DNA from: a virus
Direction: 5' to 3' (one strand)
Length of the DNA: 64,000 nt
IMG/VR virus record: IMGVR_UViG_3300005613_000027
Location: 1-64,000 of that record
In this document: one piece after another, positions 58,757-64,000 of the stretch
Position numbering within the stretch: position 1 is the first letter of the stretch
Layout of the letters: each line of letters starts with the position of its first letter
The notes under the pieces: generated by a model
Seen by the model: the letters and a program-made list of their open reading frames with translations, nothing else
The model's database searches: none
Told to the model about the DNA's origin: nothing
Program-made: the position numbers and the translations under genes

Positions 58757-59510
58757 TTTTACTCTCCTTTGTAGTTAATATTATATGATTTTTTTCTGTA
58801 ACGGCAACAGTGTGTTCAAACTGTGCTACACAACTTCCGTCTTTTGTTCTTGCATCCCAACAACCATTTGGATGTATTACTTCATAACTACCAGCTGAAA
58901 TGATGGGTTCTATTGCAATAACCATTCCCTCTTTTAACATTATACCTTCATTTGCTTTTCCATAATTAAATACACTAGGCTCTTCATGTAGGTCTCTACC
59001 TATACCATGACCAGTATAAGCCCGTACAGGGTTAAATGAGGCCGCCTCAGCGGTTATTTGAATGGTGTTTGATATATCACCTATTCTGTTTCCAGGAATT
59101 GCTTTTTCAATAGCTTTATTTAAACACCTCTCGGTAATTCGCATAAGATTTGCTTTTTTTAAAGAAATTTTTCCCACCCCCGCAGTAAATGCAGCGTCGC
59201 CACACCAACCATTATAAATAGCGCCATAATCTATAGTTATAATATCACCTTCTTCTAGTCTTCTTTCACTAGGAAATCCATGAACTATTTGATCGTTTAC
59301 AGAAGCACAAATTGTAAATGGATATCCATTATAACCAAGAAATGCTGGTTTTGCTTTGTGTAAACGTGTTAGTTCATTTGCAAAATGGTTCAAACTTAAA
59401 GTTGTAACACCAACATCTATAGAATGTTTTAATTCATTTAACACATCTGCTACTATCCAACAAGCATCTTTAATTCTTTTTATTTCTTCTTTAGTTTTAA
59501 GTATTATCAC
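58746..59510 (-). CDS. map: Methionine aminopeptidase type I
   Basis: SVN..IVHG.P, IDYG...GDAA, GHGIG..LHEEP, AIEP, AQFEHT metal ligands. Confidence 0.95.
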   Translation of the reverse strand: MIILKTKEEIKRIKDACWIVADVLNELKHSIDVGVTTLSLNHFANELTRLHKAKPAFLGYNGYPFTICASVNDQIVHGFPSERRLEEGDIITIDYGAIYNGWCGDAAFTAGVGKISLKKANLMRITERCLNKAIEKAIPGNRIGDISNTIQITAEAASFNPVRAYTGHGIGRDLHEEPSVFNYGKANEGIMLKEGMVIAIEPIISAGSYEVIHPNGCWDARTKDGSCVAQFEHTVAVTEKNHIILTTKESKNAI

Positions 59511-59513
59511 TCT

Positions 59514-59726
59514 TTAGCCTCCACGTTGTTTATATGCTCTTTGGACAGCTTCCTCAGTTTTTTCACCTTCTATTTTTTTGGCTTTTTTAAGCCTTTTAAT
59601 TTGTGCATTAATCATATCTGCATTTCTTCCTGGAAGTAATTCCATTAATTCTTTTATCGTTGCATTTTCATAATTATTTGCTAATGTTTGTTTTTCAGTA
59701 TAAGTCCACCTTCTCCTTCGAGCCAT
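59514..59726 (-). CDS. Small Myb/SANT-like HTH protein
   Basis: RRWTYTE...L.ELLPGR. Confidence 0.5.
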   Translation of the reverse strand: MARRRRWTYTEKQTLANNYENATIKELMELLPGRNADMINAQIKRLKKAKKIEGEKTEEAVQRAYKQRGG

Positions 59727-59752
59727 AATTCACACCTCCCCCTGTAATTTTA

Positions 59753-60268
59753 TTATTTTAAAGCCGAAACGTGATACTGACCACCAGTAATACTACTCCA
59801 ATCAGTTAGAGAGCCAACTTGAACAGGTGAAGAATAATTTGTTTGGTTACCTAAACCTAGTTGACCGCTGCCATTATAACCCCAAGACCAAAGAGTTTTA
59901 TCAGTTTTGGTTGTCATAGTGTGAAATTCACCACAAGCAATATTTTCCCAAGCAGTCAAGGCCCCAACTTGTACTGGTGAAGAGCGGGCGGTTATATCTT
60001 CTTGACCTAATTCACCATAGTCATTACGCCCCCACATCCAAATTTCTAAACCAGGCGGCGCATAAAATTCTGATGTAACATTTCCAAACCCAAGCATCTC
60101 TCCTTCAGCAGACCTTGCTACTACAGTCTTGGTTCCAACTTCAAGACCTGTTATTTCATAACTACCTGAGCCAGATATAACTGTATTATCTTCAACAGAC
60201 CAATCTGATTCTTTGACAGTTATAATTCTAGCGGTTTCTGATTTAGTTCCTGATATTTTATAAGGCAT
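59753..60268 (-). CDS. MPYKISG-family protein with only two RCC1 repeats
   Basis: Shared N-domain plus two SSPVQVG repeats. Confidence 0.7.
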   Translation of the reverse strand: MPYKISGTKSETARIITVKESDWSVEDNTVISGSGSYEITGLEVGTKTVVARSAEGEMLGFGNVTSEFYAPPGLEIWMWGRNDYGELGQEDITARSSPVQVGALTAWENIACGEFHTMTTKTDKTLWSWGYNGSGQLGLGNQTNYSSPVQVGSLTDWSSITGGQYHVSALK

Positions 60269-60448
60269 TTATTCCTCCAATTGATCATCTAAGTAATCTT
60301 CCATAGATGATTTAACTTTTGCTCTTTTTGTAAACTCTTTCATTAATTCTAAAATCTCTTTATCAACAGATCCTTCCTCCATTAATTTATTAATACCATT
60401 CAAAATATCTTTTTTTCTTTGCTTCCAAATATCATCATAGTTAGCCAT
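60269..60448 (-). CDS. Hypothetical 59-aa protein (not in ORF track)
   Basis: MANYDDIWKQRKK...LDDQLEE*, GAGGTG RBS, stop abuts next ATG. Confidence 0.6.
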   Translation of the reverse strand: MANYDDIWKQRKKDILNGINKLMEEGSVDKEILELMKEFTKRAKVKSSMEDYLDDQLEE

Positions 60449-60526
60449 AATACACCTCTCCGATAATTATTTTTTAACTTTCCTATTTATATATTTAGCG
60501 GATGTCTCCGCACTATTAACTATGAT

Positions 60527-60868
60527 TTATTCTTCATAACACATTGGGCATCTATAAAAAAATATAATACTCTCCCAAGGTGGATAATATTTACAAGCTC
60601 TGCTTTTCATTAACCATTGAGAACTGTTACATGTTAAACAATAAAATAATAACCAGTCTTCTTCATACAATGCCGTTGCGCATTCTTCACATATTGGTAT
60701 TTCTAATAAAATTTCTGGCCAATCTCCCCTCATATCTCCTAAATGTTGACATAAATAATCAACTGCCTGTGGGGGTTTTACGTCTTTTCCGTGATTTAAG
60801 TGACATTTTTCGTTTACCAGGGCCGCCGCTGCCGTTATTTCGTGCAATAATCTGTCGAACTGTTCCAT
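60527..60868 (-). CDS. Cys-rich hypothetical protein
   Basis: CEEC, CLTC, CPMC; GAGGAG RBS. Confidence 0.6.
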   Translation of the reverse strand: MEQFDRLLHEITAAAALVNEKCHLNHGKDVKPPQAVDYLCQHLGDMRGDWPEILLEIPICEECATALYEEDWLLFYCLTCNSSQWLMKSRACKYYPPWESIIFFYRCPMCYEE

Positions 60869-60990
60869 TTATTTTCTCCTCAGCCACTTTTCTTCTTATC
60901 CTATTTAACTGATCAAACTGTTTACCAAAAAATTTACTTTTTTCTTCTAAATATACCAGATCATCAGTTTTTTCCCACATTTTTCCCCTT

Positions 60991-61272
60991 TCACGGTGGA
61001 TCTTCCTTTAAATCTTTACTGACCCACTTTTTTGCTTGGTTTAATGTACAAATTTTTGATTTTTCCGATTCTCTAACTATCCAATGGATCTCTCCATTGA
61101 TGTATATTCTATGCAATAAAATACCATAAATATTATTAGGTATCCGATCTAATACACTTTCTGTTATTGGATACCAAAAACGATTTTTGCTCGTAAGAAT
61201 TTCTTTAGAATTTTCTAGTTTCTTTCCTTCCATGTTGTAAATACCATATCTTTTATGTATGGTTTTTTTCAT
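60991..61272 (-). CDS. Hypothetical protein
   Basis: 93 aa. Confidence 0.5.
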   Translation of the reverse strand: MKKTIHKRYGIYNMEGKKLENSKEILTSKNRFWYPITESVLDRIPNNIYGILLHRIYINGEIHWIVRESEKSKICTLNQAKKWVSKDLKEDPP

Positions 61273-61302
61273 AGTTATTAGACATTAGTTGTTATTTAAC
61301 GT

Positions 61303-62367
61303 TTATCCTAATCCACCATGCCCATTGGAACAGGCTGCCAAACCCTCACTTCTAGTCAGAGTTAAATCACCAAAATCGGCCGCACTGCCAGTGGTAGCTA
61401 TTGTAACATAATCCATAACATTAGTATTAGAACATCCTGCAAAAACTGCTCTAGTATTATTTGAACACCCAGCAACGTAACTTCTATCAGTAGTTAATTC
61501 ACCAAAATTAGTTGCACTTCCTGGTGTGGCTATAGTAATATATTGAATATCACTGTATCCTGCGTGTGCTCCACCAGCAAACAACCCTCTGGTAGATGAC
61601 GATGCTGCACCATTATGCCGTCTTTCCGCTATAGTACCAAAACTAGTAGCATTACCAGTTGTTGCTATTGTAACATATTCTGTGTATCCTTGTGAATCCC
61701 AAGTAGTTCCGAGATTAAATACTGCCCTAGTTGGTGAGGACACCCCATCTCCATATGAACCGCTATGAAGTAAATCTCCAAAAGTACTAGCATCGCCTGT
61801 GGTAGCAATTGTTATATATTCAATAGCATTTCTAGGTGAATCATGCCCTGCAGCAAACAATCCTCTAGTAGAATTACTTGCTCCTTTACACCCATAGTAA
61901 TGAGTTATAGATAAATTTCCAAAACTGGAAGCATTGCTTGGTGTAGAGATAGTTACGTGCTCCATTGCTCTACAAGATTCCCCAGAGCCCCCGCCAAAAA
62001 CAGCTCTTTCTGTAGAAGACACTGCACCAAAGCCAAATCTTGCTAATATCAAATCGCCAAAGTCAGTAGCGTCCCCAGTTGAGGTAATATTTATATATTC
62101 TATTATATTAACACTGGAATACCCTCCGGCAAACAATCCCCTGTCACCAGGAGGTGGCATATATGAAATAGGATCTACATATCCATAAGATATTGCCTCA
62201 CCTGCTGTTGTTCTTGAAATAACCGATTTGTAGCCAGAATTTAAACCTGTAATTTCAAAACTACCTGATCCTGATACTACTGTATTGGATTCTATAGACC
62301 AATCACTCTCATTAACAACAATTATTCTTGCTGTTTCACTTTTAGTTCCTGATATTTTATATGGTAT
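61303..62367 (-). CDS. MPYKISG-family protein with YITIATTG.A..FG repeats; probable ATA start
   Basis: Frame extends 69 codons upstream of 62160 as (ATA)PYKISGTKSETARIIVVNESDWSIES... Confidence 0.7.
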   Translation of the reverse strand: MPYKISGTKSETARIIVVNESDWSIESNTVVSGSGSFEITGLNSGYKSVISRTTAGEAISYGYVDPISYMPPPGDRGLFAGGYSSVNIIEYINITSTGDATDFGDLILARFGFGAVSSTERAVFGGGSGESCRAMEHVTISTPSNASSFGNLSITHYYGCKGASNSTRGLFAAGHDSPRNAIEYITIATTGDASTFGDLLHSGSYGDGVSSPTRAVFNLGTTWDSQGYTEYVTIATTGNATSFGTIAERRHNGAASSSTRGLFAGGAHAGYSDIQYITIATPGSATNFGELTTDRSYVAGCSNNTRAVFAGCSNTNVMDYVTIATTGSAADFGDLTLTRSEGLAACSNGHGGLG

Positions 62368-62807
62368 TATTTTTTACTCCTTTTCTCTTTTTGTTGACGG
62401 GCTAAAAAATCTGTTATTGTATGCGTGCCGTCCTCAATCTCTTCTAATTTTTTTGTATTAACAGTGCCCATACCATTACCCCTAAGGACACACATAACTA
62501 ATTGTTGTAATACCTCTTTAATAGTTTTTACTTCTCTAATTTGTTCTAATATTCTTGACGCAGCTGAAGCTTTCGTCTCTTGTGAAACCGTAACAAGATC
62601 GACTAGTTCCTCGTGGTATTCTTGAAATCTTGCTGCTGCTTCCCTTCTATCTTTCCGTTGTAACTTTATTAAATATATTATAAAAAACCCTTCAAATATA
62701 GCCACTGCCCATCCTCCGTAAATTTTACAGAATTCTCCTATCGCGTTTAGATAATCTATATCTAAAACTGGATGTGGTGCAGCCATTTTTTTATTTCTCC
62801 TTTCCAC
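62367..62807 (-). CDS. Single-TM plus coiled-coil membrane protein (holin-like candidate)
   Basis: YGGWAVAIFEGFFIIYLI TM followed by charged helix. Confidence 0.45.
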   Translation of the reverse strand: MERRNKKMAAPHPVLDIDYLNAIGEFCKIYGGWAVAIFEGFFIIYLIKLQRKDRREAAARFQEYHEELVDLVTVSQETKASAASRILEQIREVKTIKEVLQQLVMCVLRGNGMGTVNTKKLEEIEDGTHTITDFLARQQKEKRSKK

Positions 62808-62829
62808 AAAATTTAGAGAACAGCTGTTC

Positions 62830-62849
62830 CCTTAACTTTAATATGGTTA
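62830..62849 (-). promoter_or_regulatory. Candidate promoter TAACC-N10-TAAGG
   Basis: Repeated motif. Confidence 0.5.
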
Positions 62850-62854
62850 GTTTA

Positions 62855-63418
62855 TTATCTTTTACATATTGGAGCAGTTAAAATCATAGTACCACCAGTT
62901 CTTCCATTTTTAAACTTATGCCTTACTATACCGATACCCAACTCTATCATGTCTGTGTTTAACATTCTACCATCAGGAAGTCTTGCCATTCTGGCTCCAC
63001 AAGTCGGATGAATCCAATACTCCCATTTTTTCATTCTCTGATGTCTTTTTATAGCTATTTTCCAATAGTTAACTATATCTTCTATTACCTGTAATTTATC
63101 TTCGTATGATAATCTTTTATAATTACAATGACCCATGACATGTTTAGTAATCTGGTCTCTATTAGGTGGTATAAAGGTGTCTAGAACTTTAGGATATGGT
63201 ACTCTATGCTCCCTTATCCACTTTTCTATATTCTCTTTATAAACCCTACCATCTTTTTTTATAATAAAATGTGTCGCTGTTTGTTTTTTGACAAAACCAA
63301 GTATATAACGAGCATCTGGTGCTGACTGCCCGTCAATTGCTGCAGCTATAGATTGCGTACCAAATACAATTGCTAATCCAAACATTAAAATAAATATGTA
63401 ATTCAATAATTTTTTCAT
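62855..63418 (-). CDS. Secreted hypothetical protein
   Basis: Signal peptide MKKLLNYIFILMFGLAIVFG...AAA. Confidence 0.6.
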   Translation of the reverse strand: MKKLLNYIFILMFGLAIVFGTQSIAAAIDGQSAPDARYILGFVKKQTATHFIIKKDGRVYKENIEKWIREHRVPYPKVLDTFIPPNRDQITKHVMGHCNYKRLSYEDKLQVIEDIVNYWKIAIKRHQRMKKWEYWIHPTCGARMARLPDGRMLNTDMIELGIGIVRHKFKNGRTGGTMILTAPICKR

Positions 63419-63744
63419 TCTAATCCCTCACGTCTTAGTATATCAAGTAATAACAATTCTACTACCAATCTAGATGCAATTATACCTGTCATTTTGGTCA
63501 TTAATTCCTCCATATCTAAATAAGTTACATCTCCTGTCCGTGTCATCATTAAATCTAATTCTTCAAAAACTCTATCTATATAATCTTTATATATTTCAAT
63601 AAAATGATCAATCATCTCTTCTAATCGCTCATTAGAAATTTTGGTTTCTAGATTATATGATCTTATATAAGATTTAAATATACTATTAATAGAATCACGT
63701 AATAGTATTTTACGAGTATATTTTAATAAGCTGTCATCAGGCAT
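63415..63744 (-). CDS. Hypothetical protein
   Basis: 109 aa, AGGAGG RBS. Confidence 0.6.
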   Translation of the reverse strand: MPDDSLLKYTRKILLRDSINSIFKSYIRSYNLETKISNERLEEMIDHFIEIYKDYIDRVFEELDLMMTRTGDVTYLDMEELMTKMTGIIASRLVVELLLLDILRREGLE

Positions 63745-63752
63745 GTTTCCTC

Positions 63753-63998
63753 CTATCCAGAGGCAGTAGTTCCTATAATTATGGATTTATACTCATCACT
63801 AATGTCTTGTGTAGGATGTATATAAAGATCTAGAAAAAGCACATCATAAACATCTTGATTGTTTATGGAGTATCCCGCTTCTAGTAATTCTTGTTCTGTT
63901 AAATCCACTGCATTCTCGGGTGATCCAGCTAAAGCAATAGCTCGACCATTGTCCCCTGCAAGCAATTCAAATTCTATATCAAATACGGTTGGCGCACC
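63753..63998 (-). CDS. 3' part of a CDS entering from beyond the window
   Basis: Frame is open to the window end; ends GTTASG. Confidence 0.55.
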   Translation of the reverse strand, partial: GAPTVFDIEFELLAGDNGRAIALAGSPENAVDLTEQELLEAGYSINNQDVYDVLFLDLYIHPTQDISDEYKSIIIGTTASG

Positions 63999-64000
63999 AT

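Noticed and set aside
60759-60980. 73-aa ORF
   Set aside because: It overlaps the better-supported 60527..60868 by 110 nt and has no motifs; left unannotated, though its 5' part may be real.
51984-62367. CRISPR array or diversity-generating retroelement in the repeats
   Set aside because: The repeats are degenerate in-frame protein repeats. I saw no spacer structure, reverse transcriptase or adenine-specific template/variable pair.
1903-62625. All plus-strand ORFs and nested short minus-strand ORFs in the track
   Set aside because: They are antisense or out-of-frame shadows of long, RBS-bearing minus-strand genes and have no recognisable motifs.
62855-63418. Thermonuclease (SNase) assignment
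   Set aside because: Only a weak C-terminal resemblance (DGRMLN..MI..G); catalytic motifs are not visible.
1-64000. tRNA/rRNA genes
   Set aside because: None recognised by eye in the short intergenic gaps; tRNAscan-SE or Aragorn would be needed to exclude them.

Overview
This window is a 64-kb, AT-rich segment of a large tailed bacteriophage (Caudoviricetes). The host cannot be identified from the sequence. Essentially every gene is on the minus strand. In transcription order (high to low coordinates) there is first an accessory/auxiliary block: five paralogous 'MPYKISG' beta-propeller genes, methionine aminopeptidase, an HTH protein, GT9-like glycosyltransferase plus methyltransferase, ClpP, a coiled-coil plus actin-like pair, M15 peptidase, cold-shock protein, dNMP kinase and HD protein. 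The morphogenesis module follows: terminases, portal, putative prohead protease/scaffold/cement, a major capsid protein split by a group I intron, about 20 kb of fibre/decoration proteins, head-tail joining proteins, tail tube and chaperone-like proteins. The region carries many selfish nucleases (GIY-YIG, three HNH, Hef-like, intron LAGLIDADG, two HNH relics, solo TnpB). Highlights: (1) the solo TnpB sits inside a broken HNH gene, and its predicted guide is HNH coding sequence; (2) an ORF is looped out of a predicted long-range four-way RNA junction closed by an 18-bp inverted repeat; (3) a T-x-S-G motif pervades otherwise unrelated virion proteins and may be a modification sequon; (4) the MPYKISG propeller family is modular, and one member is switched off by a perfect 40-bp duplication; (5) a candidate phage-specific promoter, TAACC-N10-TA(G/A)(A/G)G. 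All functional calls come from motif recognition and gene order only; no searches were run.
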